IMG/VR virus record: IMGVR_UViG_3300032218_000881
Coordinates: 1-30,637 of that record
Direction: 5' to 3' (one strand)
Length of the DNA: 30,637 nucleotides
DNA from: a virus
Lineage: Duplodnaviria > Caudoviricetes
Position numbers and translations under genes: made by a program. Below, one piece after another: positions 7,477 through 16,241 of this stretch (the stretch's first letter is position 1; each line of letters begins with the position of its first letter). The notes below the pieces were generated by a model that was given only the letters and a program-made list of their open reading frames with translations, did not search any database and had not been told where the DNA came from.

Positions 7477-8090
7477 CAAAACGGCAATGCAGTTTTTGCC
7501 TTATGGGTCATCAAGCAACCTTCCCAGGCGGCAAAACACTTCTCAGGTTCTTCGCTAATCACCTTGGTGACACCTGGGCCAACCACCAGCGTGCAGCACT
7601 TGTCCACCACCACTGACGGGTGGTTCAGGTTCAGACCATGCAGGTAGCCACCAAGCTGGGCCGTTGCGGCTTTGCGGGTTTCTACAGCGCGTTCCGTCTG
7701 AACCGTCTTGAAGTCCAGCAGCACCACGTGACCATCAGCGTCGCGTATGAGGCCGTCAAACATGCCTGCAACGTCGTGATGGGGTATCACGATGCCAAGC
7801 TCGACAGCCATCGTCTCAGCGCCTTGCAGGAGCCAGCAATCACGCAAGGCATCTACCCACGCCTTGTATTCGCCTTCAACCGGTTCCAAGCCAAGCAACA
7901 ATGCCTCACCAGCCGTATGGACGTGGTTTCCGCGAGGTTCCCAGACGTGTCGTGTTTCATCAAATCGTTGCCGCAACTCCGGCGTTACCGGCTGGGCAAT
8001 CTTGCTGACACTGTTACGGATCCACTCTCCCTGGTATCGATACCGATGAATATCTGCGTAAAATTCAAGACCAGGCACTGGGCGCAACAT
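7476..8090 (-). CDS. PD-(D/E)XK exonuclease
   Basis: RGNHVH...E...AGMFDG...LLDFKT...QLGGY motifs. Confidence 0.88.
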   Translation of the reverse strand: MLRPVPGLEFYADIHRYRYQGEWIRNSVSKIAQPVTPELRQRFDETRHVWEPRGNHVHTAGEALLLGLEPVEGEYKAWVDALRDCWLLQGAETMAVELGIVIPHHDVAGMFDGLIRDADGHVVLLDFKTVQTERAVETRKAATAQLGGYLHGLNLNHPSVVVDKCCTLVVGPGVTKVISEEPEKCFAAWEGCLMTHKAKTALPF

Positions 8091-8101
8091 GACCTGGCAG
8101 C

Positions 8102-8135
8102 GGTGTGCATTCATGATACACTGTCTGGGCACACC
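8102..8135. promoter_or_regulatory. Divergent overlapping -10 elements inside an inverted repeat
   Basis: Plus strand TGaTACACT (8114-8122) and minus strand TATCAT (8118-8113), flanked by GGTGTGC-N20-GCACACC. Confidence 0.65.
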
Positions 8136-8146
8136 AATGCAATGCC

Positions 8147-8308
8147 ATGCCTAAGGTCGTAGTTGATGTCAGCCCAGAGACACATGCTTGGCTCCAGTCC
8201 AAATGCGGCCAATGGAAGCCACGGACAGCCGTTCTGCGCGAGCTGATTTACGAAGCCATGCTCCGTGACAAAGATCTGGATCCAGCAGAACCAGTCAAAA
8301 CTGCATAA
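8147..8308 (+). CDS. Ribbon-helix-helix (CopG/Arc-like) regulator (53 aa)
   Basis: Hand-translated MPKVVVDVSPETHAWLQSKCGQWKPRTAVLRELIYEAM...; not in track. Confidence 0.7.
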   Translation: MPKVVVDVSPETHAWLQSKCGQWKPRTAVLRELIYEAMLRDKDLDPAEPVKTA

Positions 8309-8336
8309 AAAAGCCGGTGGGCATGACACCACCGGC
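8307..8336 (-). terminator. Minus-strand intrinsic terminator (candidate antisense RNA 3' end)
   Basis: GCCGGTGG-N8-CCACCGGC-TTTTTT on the minus strand. Confidence 0.7.
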
Positions 8337-8363
8337 AAGCAACCCAACATTTCCGCATCAAGT

Positions 8364-9128
8364 ATGCCACGAATTCGATCGACCGGCTTTTCTATCTGTC
8401 CGCACCAACTCACGGATCAGATGGCCAAGCCAGGTGGAAAGCAGCGCGTCTGCATCTACCTGTTGCTCCATCGCTACGGCAATGGAAGTGACCAAGGCTG
8501 CTACGCATCCGTCACCACTATGGCCAAGCAACTCGGGATGAAACGTGCCGACGTAATGGCCGGTATCAACTGGCTGATTTCAAATGGTTGGGCCACCTTC
8601 ACCACCGCATCAGACGGTCGCCGCAGGCACATTTACCTCAACGCTGATCAGCAAAAAATCGGTGTCCAAAAGGGCACTGGTGTCCAAAAAGGCACCATTC
8701 CAATCGGTACCCAAAAAGGCACCGATATCGGTGTCCAAAAGGGCACCCTAACAAGAACCCATAAACAAGATCCCTCTTCTTCTTCAATAAGAGCTAAAGC
8801 TCTTATTTCAGACGAAGATCCGGTTCTCAGTTCAAAAACGGTAAAAACCAAAGCCAAGGCACTGTCACCAGATCTGGCTCAGCACGCCGATTTGATCCAC
8901 TGCTTCTGGAAGATCAAGAAAGGTTCCAAAGGCGACATCGCCTGGAAACTGCTTTGCACCGAGCTGACAAAATTCCACGACAGCCTTGGGTCAACAGCAG
9001 TCGAGGAACAGCTCACGCAAGCCATCAACGGTAAGTGGGCTGGCATCAGTTACAGCCGCCACCTCCAGTTCAATCCGCACCTAGTCACAGCCACCATGTC
9101 CACCACACCGCAGTACGAGATCCGCTGA
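8364..9128 (+). CDS. Replication initiator (lambda O-like, N-terminal HTH)
   Basis: IYLLLHRY...CYASVTTMAKQLGMKRADV...L...GW winged HTH; internal iterons; likely ATG 8364. Confidence 0.82.
   Translation: MPRIRSTGFSICPHQLTDQMAKPGGKQRVCIYLLLHRYGNGSDQGCYASVTTMAKQLGMKRADVMAGINWLISNGWATFTTASDGRRRHIYLNADQQKIGVQKGTGVQKGTIPIGTQKGTDIGVQKGTLTRTHKQDPSSSSIRAKALISDEDPVLSSKTVKTKAKALSPDLAQHADLIHCFWKIKKGSKGDIAWKLLCTELTKFHDSLGSTAVEEQLTQAINGKWAGISYSRHLQFNPHLVTATMSTTPQYEIR
8661..8746 (+). repeat. Four 17-bp iterons (replication origin)
   Basis: GGTGTCCAAAA(G/A)GGCAC at 8661, 8679, 8706 (GGTACC variant) and 8730; followed by an AT-rich tract and inverted repeat 8786-8807. Confidence 0.9.
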
Positions 9129-9421
9129 TGGAACTTTTTGAACCAAAACTGGCAAATGCCTACGTCTGGGCCTGCACCGACAAGAAAGAAAAATCCTTTT
9201 CGCCAAAAATGCTGTACCGAGCCACATCCGATTCAACCTTCGACAAGCTTGCAATTGACCACGTACAGGTCACGGGAGAGCCTGTAGGCCGCTTTGACGA
9301 GGCTGGACGATGGTGCACCTATTGCGCGGCTATTGGCAGCCTTCACGGCGGTCTCCCGCGCTATGTGCTGCATCCTCATGCTGAGGCCGCACGCCAGAAA
9401 ATCCTTCATCCCACACGCTGA
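9128..9421 (+). CDS. Hypothetical protein
   Basis: TGATG-coupled ATG 9128 (MELFEPK). Confidence 0.75.
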   Translation: MELFEPKLANAYVWACTDKKEKSFSPKMLYRATSDSTFDKLAIDHVQVTGEPVGRFDEAGRWCTYCAAIGSLHGGLPRYVLHPHAEAARQKILHPTR

Positions 9422-9690
9422 TGGCACTCACACCACTCGGAACTTTCTCTGGCACCGGCGAAACGCTGGCGCACATGGTTGCCAAAGGCCGTTGCACCAT
9501 CGATGACCTAGACCACCGCGCACCAGGGTCTGATCCAAAATTTCAGCCGCAGAACATCCTTCGCAACTGGATCCAAGGCAACCAGTCCAAATGGGATAGC
9601 ATCCGAGCCAAATACAACTTGCCTGCTGAGCCAGCAGTAGAAGCCAGACCATCGCCACGTGACTTCATTCCAGAAGATCTGCCGTTCTAG
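9421..9690 (+). CDS. Hypothetical protein
   Basis: TGATG-coupled; ends EDLPF. Confidence 0.75.
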   Translation: MALTPLGTFSGTGETLAHMVAKGRCTIDDLDHRAPGSDPKFQPQNILRNWIQGNQSKWDSIRAKYNLPAEPAVEARPSPRDFIPEDLPF

Positions 9691-9739
9691 CCTTGTGCAC
9701 AACCGTGTAGCATTGGTGCACATTCCTGATAACTTCAGG
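9685..9739 (+). promoter_or_regulatory. Promoter P4 and 5' hairpin upstream of terS
   Basis: TGCA-N5-GTG-TAGCAT (9708-9713); GTGCAC twice; CCTGA-N5-TCAGG hairpin. Confidence 0.6.
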
Positions 9740-9768
9740 CACCACACCTTTGCTACAAACATTGCCTC

Positions 9769-10095
9769 ATGGCAAAAAAAGGCACCAACATTGAAGTCGA
9801 TGGCCGCATAAATGCCGTCTACGATCTTCTTTTGCACGCCTACAGTCGTACACAAATTGTGCAGTACTGTGCGGAACATTGGGATATAAGCGAACGTCAA
9901 GCCGAAAATTACATTGCAAGAGCTAGAAAATTTCAACAACTTGACGCTGAACTGGAACGCCCTGAATGGCTTGCAGCAGCCATTGCACGCCTTCAGGACT
10001 ACGAACGCGAAGCAAGGCAACGCGGCAACCTTGGCATTGCCATCAAAGCCTTGGAAAACCAAGCCAAGCTGCTTCGCTTTGACATGAACGGATGA
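9769..10095 (+). CDS. terS: Terminase small subunit
   Basis: HTH (QIVQYCAEHWDISERQAENYI) and 4-nt overlap with terL. Confidence 0.75.
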   Translation: MAKKGTNIEVDGRINAVYDLLLHAYSRTQIVQYCAEHWDISERQAENYIARARKFQQLDAELERPEWLAAAIARLQDYEREARQRGNLGIAIKALENQAKLLRFDMNG

Positions 10096-11438
10096 GCTTG
10101 CTCACCGGCATTGCTGAACCGTCACCTTTGCTTGGCTTCCTCGTAAAAGCCAATGAAGGTATGGAAGATGTGCTGCAACGCATCCGCAATGATCTGCACC
10201 CAGGTCAGCTTGCATTCGTTGACGACCAGGTAACCAGCATTCTTGGCGTCTCTGCTGGCTACGGCGCTGGCAAGACGCGGGCACTATGCGCCAAGGCTGT
10301 GCACCTTGCCATGGCCAACCAAGGCTTCATTGGCGTCGTGATGGAGCCTACGGGTCCGCTGATTCGCGACATTTGGATGACGGATTTTGATGACTTCCTT
10401 GAGATGTACGACATCCCGTACACCTTTCGAGCGTCACCACTGCCGGAGTACACGCTGCATTTACCCGGCGGTGATACCAAGATTCTTTGCCGCAGCTTTG
10501 AGAACTGGCAGCGGATCATCGGCATCAACGGCGCTTGGATCCTGGCTGACGAGATCGACACGGTAAATCCAGCAATTGCCAACAAAGCATTTCCCAAGAT
10601 TTTGGGCCGCTTACGTGCTGGCAATGTGCGTCAATTTGCAGCTGCCTCGACGCCTGAGGGCTTCCGCTGGATGTGGCAGACCTTTGCCAGTGAAGACGGC
10701 AAGGGGCGTGAGGATCGGCGACTGATCAGGATGCGCACGCAGGACAACCCATACCTACCGCCTGACTTCATCGAGCGGATGCAGGCCAACTATGACCCGC
10801 AACTGCTTAAGGCATACCTGGACGGAGAGTTCGTCAACCTCACCACTGGTCAGGTCTATGACCGCTTTGATCGCGCCAAGCATGTGGCCGTACAAATGCC
10901 GGACATCAGCCGCGAGCCTTTGCGGATCGGCGTTGACTTCAACGTTGGCAATATGTCTGCCGTGATCGCGATCCGCGTTGGAAAGAACCTCTATGTCGTG
11001 GATGAAGTCAGCGGTGCTCATGACACCGACGCACTGGCCCAAAAGATCAAGGCACATTACCCAGACCACAAGATTTACGTTTACCCAGACGCCAGTGGTG
11101 GCAACCGCAGCACAAACGCAACACAAACCGATATTGCTATTCTCGAAAGCTATGGCATGTCTAACCAGTCACCTAAAGCTAATCCTCCTGTCCGGGATCG
11201 GGTGGCTGCTGTTCAGGCTTTGCTGGAAAATGGCAAAGGGGAAGTAAGGCTCAAGATCGCTGCATCATGCACCAAGATGATCCAATGCCTAGAACTTCAG
11301 AGTTACACCGAGAAAGGTGATCCCGACAAGGACGGTGGTTACGACCACATGAACGACGCGGTTGGTTATCTCATCTGGCGTGAGTTCAACCCGCTACACG
11401 CTGGTGCTGGCAGAGGAACGGGTATCAGGCTCTATTAG
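10092..11438 (+). CDS. terL: Terminase large subunit
   Basis: Walker A AGYGAGKT, Walker B WILADE, STPEG, nuclease motifs GVDFN and DHMNDA. Confidence 0.97.
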   Translation: MSLLTGIAEPSPLLGFLVKANEGMEDVLQRIRNDLHPGQLAFVDDQVTSILGVSAGYGAGKTRALCAKAVHLAMANQGFIGVVMEPTGPLIRDIWMTDFDDFLEMYDIPYTFRASPLPEYTLHLPGGDTKILCRSFENWQRIIGINGAWILADEIDTVNPAIANKAFPKILGRLRAGNVRQFAAASTPEGFRWMWQTFASEDGKGREDRRLIRMRTQDNPYLPPDFIERMQANYDPQLLKAYLDGEFVNLTTGQVYDRFDRAKHVAVQMPDISREPLRIGVDFNVGNMSAVIAIRVGKNLYVVDEVSGAHDTDALAQKIKAHYPDHKIYVYPDASGGNRSTNATQTDIAILESYGMSNQSPKANPPVRDRVAAVQALLENGKGEVRLKIAASCTKMIQCLELQSYTEKGDPDKDGGYDHMNDAVGYLIWREFNPLHAGAGRGTGIRLY

Positions 11439-11463
11439 ACTGCGCGAATGATCTGGTAAGTAC

Positions 11464-12540
11464 ATGGCCCGCCGCTACTCACGAGACAACCGAGGCCGCT
11501 TTGCAAGTGGCGGTAGCAGCAGCGGTGGCGGTGGGAAGGTTGGCGCTACAGCTCGTGGCGGCAGACTTCGTACGGCAGCAGGTAATAAGCGGGCAACTCA
11601 AACGACTAAGGCAGCGCCTGCCAAACCATCTGGAACGATGGCAGGGAAAGTAAAACGGAATCCGGCGGCAGCCAGCAAAATTGGTGTGACAAAACCCGCA
11701 AAATCTAAAACCAATAAATCGGCGGTAAAAACACCTTTACAAAAAAACAAAAACAAAAGGCAACGATTTGATCTTATGAGTCAAGATCGCATGGGCAGCA
11801 TACCACTTGGAACAATAGGAAAGACAAAAAAAGAACGTGAAATTGCAAGAATTGACATGCCCGCTGAAAAATGGAAAAATTATGTTACAGGGCGCAAGGC
11901 TCAAGAAAAAATTATCAGCAATCGCAAAAGAACCGAGCTTGCGCAAAAACCTAAATTCAGGCCTGGAAGACTAATGAATGCTAACGCATTTCCTGTAAGT
12001 GCAATATCAAAACCCAAAAAAATAAAACATGGATACGGTACAGATAAAAAAGCAAATATCCAAAATGCAATTAAACAAGCGCAAAAATCAATGCCTGACT
12101 TGCCAATTGAACTGGTAAGAAGAAGCAGATCCGGAACAATGGCATCGGTATCCATGAACCTACAATCAGGACAAAGGAGGTTAAAAATAAATACAGCTCA
12201 TCCATTCTGGAAGAATCCAGCAAAAGAACAATTGGATAGTCGTAGACAAGGGCTTTTTGCAAGTGCCAATCCTAAATCAATTATTGGGCATGAAATTGGT
12301 CATGCAAAGCACAGAACACTTGGAAAACAGCAGTATTTTGACGCTAATTCACTTAAAATGGCTAAACGAGTTAGCAAATATGCCACAACAAATGTCAATG
12401 AATTTGTTGCAGAAGTTAAAGGTGCAAGATCAGTGGGCAAACGCCTTGACTATCAGGTAATGCGTGCTTATCGCGCTGCTGCTGGGCTACCAGCTAAACC
12501 CAAACCAAAATTTCGTCCAACCAAGCCCAAAAAGAAGTAA
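11464..12540 (+). CDS. Lys/Arg-rich protein with N-terminal RDxxGRF motif and C-terminal zincin (HEXXH) domain
   Basis: RYSRDNRGRFAS; GHEIGH (H codon at 12289); SKYATTNVNEFVAE. Confidence 0.75.
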   Translation: MARRYSRDNRGRFASGGSSSGGGGKVGATARGGRLRTAAGNKRATQTTKAAPAKPSGTMAGKVKRNPAAASKIGVTKPAKSKTNKSAVKTPLQKNKNKRQRFDLMSQDRMGSIPLGTIGKTKKEREIARIDMPAEKWKNYVTGRKAQEKIISNRKRTELAQKPKFRPGRLMNANAFPVSAISKPKKIKHGYGTDKKANIQNAIKQAQKSMPDLPIELVRRSRSGTMASVSMNLQSGQRRLKINTAHPFWKNPAKEQLDSRRQGLFASANPKSIIGHEIGHAKHRTLGKQQYFDANSLKMAKRVSKYATTNVNEFVAEVKGARSVGKRLDYQVMRAYRAAAGLPAKPKPKFRPTKPKKK

Positions 12541-12565
12541 GCTGACCATGCACTACTCCAATCCA

Positions 12566-12721
12566 ATGGAATCCTTCCTAGACGCGCTGGACGACCTGAT
12601 CGTTGACAGTGCCGAAGAACTGACTGCTATCGAACTGCTTGGCGCGTTGCAGCTCACGCAACAGCGCATTGCCTTGGACATCCTCACTGCTGGTGAAGAA
12701 GACGAAGAGGAAGCAGCATGA
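12566..12721 (+). CDS. Small acidic protein (51 aa)
   Basis: ATG 12566; 15 D/E versus 1 R. Confidence 0.75.
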   Translation: MESFLDALDDLIVDSAEELTAIELLGALQLTQQRIALDILTAGEEDEEEAA

Positions 12722-12852
12722 CTCGACCCATCGTTACTGCTGTCGGTCGTGCACTCAAACCCAAGGGTGACGAGCCACGCAAGCATCAGGTGATCAAGGT
12801 TGATTCAACCGGCCAGGCACGAATTACAATCGACCGCGTTCTCCCGCAGTAG
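12718..12852 (+). CDS. Hypothetical protein (44 aa, MTRPIVTAVGRALKPKG...)
   Basis: Hand-translated; ATGA coupling; fills the gap before the portal. Confidence 0.7.
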   Translation: MTRPIVTAVGRALKPKGDEPRKHQVIKVDSTGQARITIDRVLPQ

Positions 12853-12879
12853 ATTGTAAGAAAGTAGCGGCGCTGCATC

Positions 12880-14346
12880 GTGTATTCCGGTTACAACCCG
12901 TACAACATGCAGCTGACCCGCAAGGTTGCTGCGGTCAACGATCCAAACAGTGCCTGGGCCAACATGGAGCCCCATTGGATCCTGATCGAGGATCTGATGG
13001 GTGGCACCTACGAAATGCGCCGTAAGCATCGCCGCTACCTGCCGCAGGAACCACGGGAAGAAGACGAGTCATACGACAACCGTCTAGCACGTAGCGTTTG
13101 TCCGCCGTACTACCAGCGCCTTGAGCGGATGTTGGCTGGCATGTTGACCCGCAAGCCGGTACGCCTTGAAGAGGTGTCCGATGTGGTGCGTGAGCAACTG
13201 TTTGATGTAGACCTACAAGGCAACGATCTCAACATCTGGACCTATGAACTTGGACGCAAGATGGTTCGTTATGGCCATGCTGGCGTCCTCGTTGATGCTC
13301 CTGCTGCTGGTGAAAATGGACGACCATACTGGGTGACCTACACGCCACGGGATATCCTTGGCTGGCGCACCGAGATGAGTGAAGGTGCCCAGAAGCTGAC
13401 CCAGTTGCGGCTGATGGAACGCATCGTGGTGGCCGATGGTTTATACGGTGAAAAGCAGATTGAACAAATCCGAGTGCTAACGCCTGGTGCATTTGAACTG
13501 CATCAACGCAGCGAAAAATCAAGTTGGGAGATCGTTGATGAAGGCACCACCAGTCTCAGTGAGATCCCATTCAGCGTTGCTTATTCCAACCGCCTTGGCA
13601 TGTTTGAGTCGCGGCCACCGATGGAAGACATCGCTGAACTGAACCTGAAGACGTACCAGATCCAGTCCGACCTAGACAACATGCTGCACATCAGCGGTGT
13701 TCCGATGCTGGCGTTCTACGGCTTCCCAACAGCAGCCGAAGAAGTTAGTGCTGGCCCTGGTGAAGCAATTGCATTCCCCGAAGGTGGCCGTGCCGAGTAC
13801 ATCGAACCGGCTGGCAAGTCTTACGACTCGCAGTTCAAGCGGCTGGAGCAACTTGCTGGTCAGATCAACGAACTTGGCCTGTCCGCCGTGCTTGGCCAAA
13901 AGTTATCCGCCGAAACTGCCGAGGCTAAGCGCATCGACCGCAGCCAAGGCGACAGCACCATGATGGTGATTGCTCAGCAGGTGCAGGACACAATCGATAA
14001 CAGTCTGCGGTTCCACGCCGAGTACCTAAACATCCCACAAGCTGGTAACTGCATCGTCAACCGTGACTTTGTTGGTGCGCGTCTTGATTCAGCCGATCAA
14101 CTTGCGCTGCTTCAGATCTATACCGCTGGCGTGATCAGCCAAGAAACACTGCTGGAACAATTGGCCAACGGTGAAGTGCTTGGCGATGACTTTGAAGTTG
14201 AGGAAGAACTGATGGCCACACAAAATGGCGGCCTGATGGAAATGAACGGTGGTCAGCAACAGCAACAGGATCAGAAGCAACCTGACCAGGCATACCAAGG
14301 AGATCAGCAGTCAATTCCCGAGGACATCAGCACTGAAGGGCAATGA
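12880..14346 (+). CDS. Portal protein (DUF4055 type)
   Basis: YLPQEPRE...YDNRLARS, DVDLQGNDL, YGHAGVLVD; position and size. Confidence 0.92.
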   Translation: MYSGYNPYNMQLTRKVAAVNDPNSAWANMEPHWILIEDLMGGTYEMRRKHRRYLPQEPREEDESYDNRLARSVCPPYYQRLERMLAGMLTRKPVRLEEVSDVVREQLFDVDLQGNDLNIWTYELGRKMVRYGHAGVLVDAPAAGENGRPYWVTYTPRDILGWRTEMSEGAQKLTQLRLMERIVVADGLYGEKQIEQIRVLTPGAFELHQRSEKSSWEIVDEGTTSLSEIPFSVAYSNRLGMFESRPPMEDIAELNLKTYQIQSDLDNMLHISGVPMLAFYGFPTAAEEVSAGPGEAIAFPEGGRAEYIEPAGKSYDSQFKRLEQLAGQINELGLSAVLGQKLSAETAEAKRIDRSQGDSTMMVIAQQVQDTIDNSLRFHAEYLNIPQAGNCIVNRDFVGARLDSADQLALLQIYTAGVISQETLLEQLANGEVLGDDFEVEEELMATQNGGLMEMNGGQQQQQDQKQPDQAYQGDQQSIPEDISTEGQ

Positions 14347-15653
14347 CCTATAGCGGCGGCGTCACCCAGCGGCTGCTTGACATTGACCAGTTCAAGCGGC
14401 GGATTAACCGCAACGATCCTGTTGCGAACATTTACCGCAATGCAATCGACCTGAACCGCTACAGCAACGCCGTAGCAAACCAAGTGGTAACGGCATACAA
14501 CGACGTTATCCTCAGCGCAGTGGATGACCTGCGCCGTATTGACATGGGTGTGGCTACAGCAGGTGGTGGCATCGTGTCCCCTGCTAGCTACCAGGCGCAG
14601 CGACTGCGGGTGATCCTGGCCCAACTGCGGGAGTCGCTCGATACCTGGGCAGGCACCAGCACCGCGCTGGTATCGGGTGAATTACAAGGCTTGGCTGAAC
14701 TGCAAACCCAGTTCATCACTGATCAGATGCGCCTTGCTATCCGTGGTGGTGTGGCCGATGCGCGTGAGCTGCTGCCATCCCAAGTGGATGCGTTGCAGAT
14801 GGTGCAGACCGTGCAGGTGGCGCCAAACTTTGCAGCAACCGTGGTCAGCGTTGATCCCACCGCAATCAACTTCACGCTGCCCGGCACTGGCGCCTTTAAC
14901 CTCACCGCTGGTCAAGGTGCAGCCATCACGCTGCCAAATGGGCAGATCGTCGAAAAGGCATTCCGTGGTCTGGCTGAGTCGCAGGCGCAGATGTTCAATA
15001 CCGTGGTGCGTAACGGTGTCTTGACCGGCGAACCAACGCCACAGATCGCACGGCGCCTGGTCGGCAACCTTGATTTTGGGCAGCAGGCCATGTCAGTCCG
15101 GCAACGTGCTCTTGCTGGTGGTGAGGTGACCAAAATGGCAAACAACCAAGTGCTTACCATCGTGCGGACCAGTGTGCAGGACGTAAGCAACCAAGCCAGT
15201 CAGCAGGTGTACCGCGCTAACCAGGACATCACCGGCAAGTACAGGTACGTTGCCACGCTTGACGGTCGCACGTCAGCTATCTGCCGATCACTGGATGGCC
15301 GGGAGTTCAAGTACGGCGATGGCCCGACGCCACCTGTTCACTTCAACTGCCGCAGCACCACCATCCCGATCATCGACTACAAGGCACTTGGTATCCCACC
15401 ACCGGACTGGGGAACTGGACCCAGCAAGCGTGCATCAGCCGATGGTCCGGTGTCTGGCAGCTTGAACTACGGCGAATGGCTCAAGCAACAACCGAAGGCA
15501 TACCAAGCAGAAGTGCTTGGTTCAACTCGTGCCGCCTACTTCAACAAGATTGCCGAGAAAGTTGGCCCACAGGAAGCCTTGGCACGCATGGTCCGCGAAG
15601 ACGGCAGCGAAGTAACGTTGAAAGAGCTACAGCAAAAATATGACAAACCCTAA
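14343..15653 (+). CDS. Minor head protein, MuF/SPP1 gp7 family
   Basis: TIVRT, ATLDGRTSAICRSLDG, PPVHFNCRST. Confidence 0.93.
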   Translation: MTYSGGVTQRLLDIDQFKRRINRNDPVANIYRNAIDLNRYSNAVANQVVTAYNDVILSAVDDLRRIDMGVATAGGGIVSPASYQAQRLRVILAQLRESLDTWAGTSTALVSGELQGLAELQTQFITDQMRLAIRGGVADARELLPSQVDALQMVQTVQVAPNFAATVVSVDPTAINFTLPGTGAFNLTAGQGAAITLPNGQIVEKAFRGLAESQAQMFNTVVRNGVLTGEPTPQIARRLVGNLDFGQQAMSVRQRALAGGEVTKMANNQVLTIVRTSVQDVSNQASQQVYRANQDITGKYRYVATLDGRTSAICRSLDGREFKYGDGPTPPVHFNCRSTTIPIIDYKALGIPPPDWGTGPSKRASADGPVSGSLNYGEWLKQQPKAYQAEVLGSTRAAYFNKIAEKVGPQEALARMVREDGSEVTLKELQQKYDKP

Positions 15654-15933
15654 GATCCGCTACTACCTTGACGGTCGCGTTCACTCCGACTGGGTTGAGG
15701 TCGCAGTTGGCGAGGCTGTTGTAGTCGCACGGCTACAGAAAGTGGAAGACGGCACCATCCAATGGGTTGATCAGTCCGGCCTACCATTAGGTCAGACGGA
15801 TTGCATTACCCATGGCCAAGAAACCAACCAAAGCCGACAAGAAAGTGGCAAAGGTGATGGGAGAGTTCAAGCGGGGAACACTCAACACCGGCAAACCAGG
15901 ACCAGGAAAAGGTCCCAAGGTGAAAAGTCGTAA
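15640..15933 (+). CDS. Hypothetical protein
   Basis: ORF track; 3' third overlaps the next gene. Confidence 0.55.
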   Translation: MTNPKIRYYLDGRVHSDWVEVAVGEAVVVARLQKVEDGTIQWVDQSGLPLGQTDCITHGQETNQSRQESGKGDGRVQAGNTQHRQTRTRKRSQGEKS

Positions 15934-16000
15934 GCAGGCAATTGCCATTGCACTAAGCGAAGCAGGTAAGACCAAAAAATCCCGTAAAGGAATGAAATGA
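15812..16000 (+). CDS. Small basic protein, DUF6496-like
   Basis: KVAKVMGEFKRGTL...KSRKQAIAIALSEAG. Confidence 0.8.
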   Translation: MAKKPTKADKKVAKVMGEFKRGTLNTGKPGPGKGPKVKSRKQAIAIALSEAGKTKKSRKGMK

Positions 16001-16052
16001 TGTTTGACAAGCATGTAGGACCCAAAAAATCCCGTAAAGGAATAAAGTGATG
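15960..16052 (+). repeat. Imperfect tandem duplication, period about 50 bp
   Basis: CCAAAAAATCCCGTAAAGGAAT at 15972 and 16022 with similar flanks. Confidence 0.9.
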
Positions 16053-16241
16053 CCTAAAAAATCTGGTCTTTACAGCAACATCAACGCCAAACGCAAACGG
16101 ATTGAATCTGGTAGTCATGAACGCATGGCGCATCATGGCGAAGAAGGTCGCCCAAGTGCAGCAGCATTCAAAGCAGCCGCCAAAACCGCCAAACCACGTT
16201 TTACGTGGACAGCAAAACCTAACCGCGCTCCTGCTGCTTGA
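16050..16241 (+). CDS. Small basic phage protein (GLYxNIxAKRKRI type)
   Basis: ORF track; TGATG coupling. Confidence 0.75.
   Translation: MPKKSGLYSNINAKRKRIESGSHERMAHHGEEGRPSAAAFKAAAKTAKPRFTWTAKPNRAPAA

Noticed and set aside
7476-8090. Cas4 / CRISPR association
   Set aside because: No array or cas genes and no clear Cas4 Fe-S cysteine pattern; the context is recombination
8265-8363. Longer rep start at 8265
   Set aside because: It overlaps the RHH ORF and runs through the hairpin; ATG 8364 is more plausible
8661-8746. Mini-CRISPR array
   Set aside because: Spacers are only 1-10 bp and the repeats are in frame inside rep, so they are iterons
14343-15653. MuF toxin fusion
   Set aside because: The C-terminus after HFNCRS is short and ordinary, with no toxin motif
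15972-16043. CRISPR repeat-spacer-repeat or att site
   Set aside because: Only two copies, and the similarity extends into the flanks, consistent with a tandem duplication
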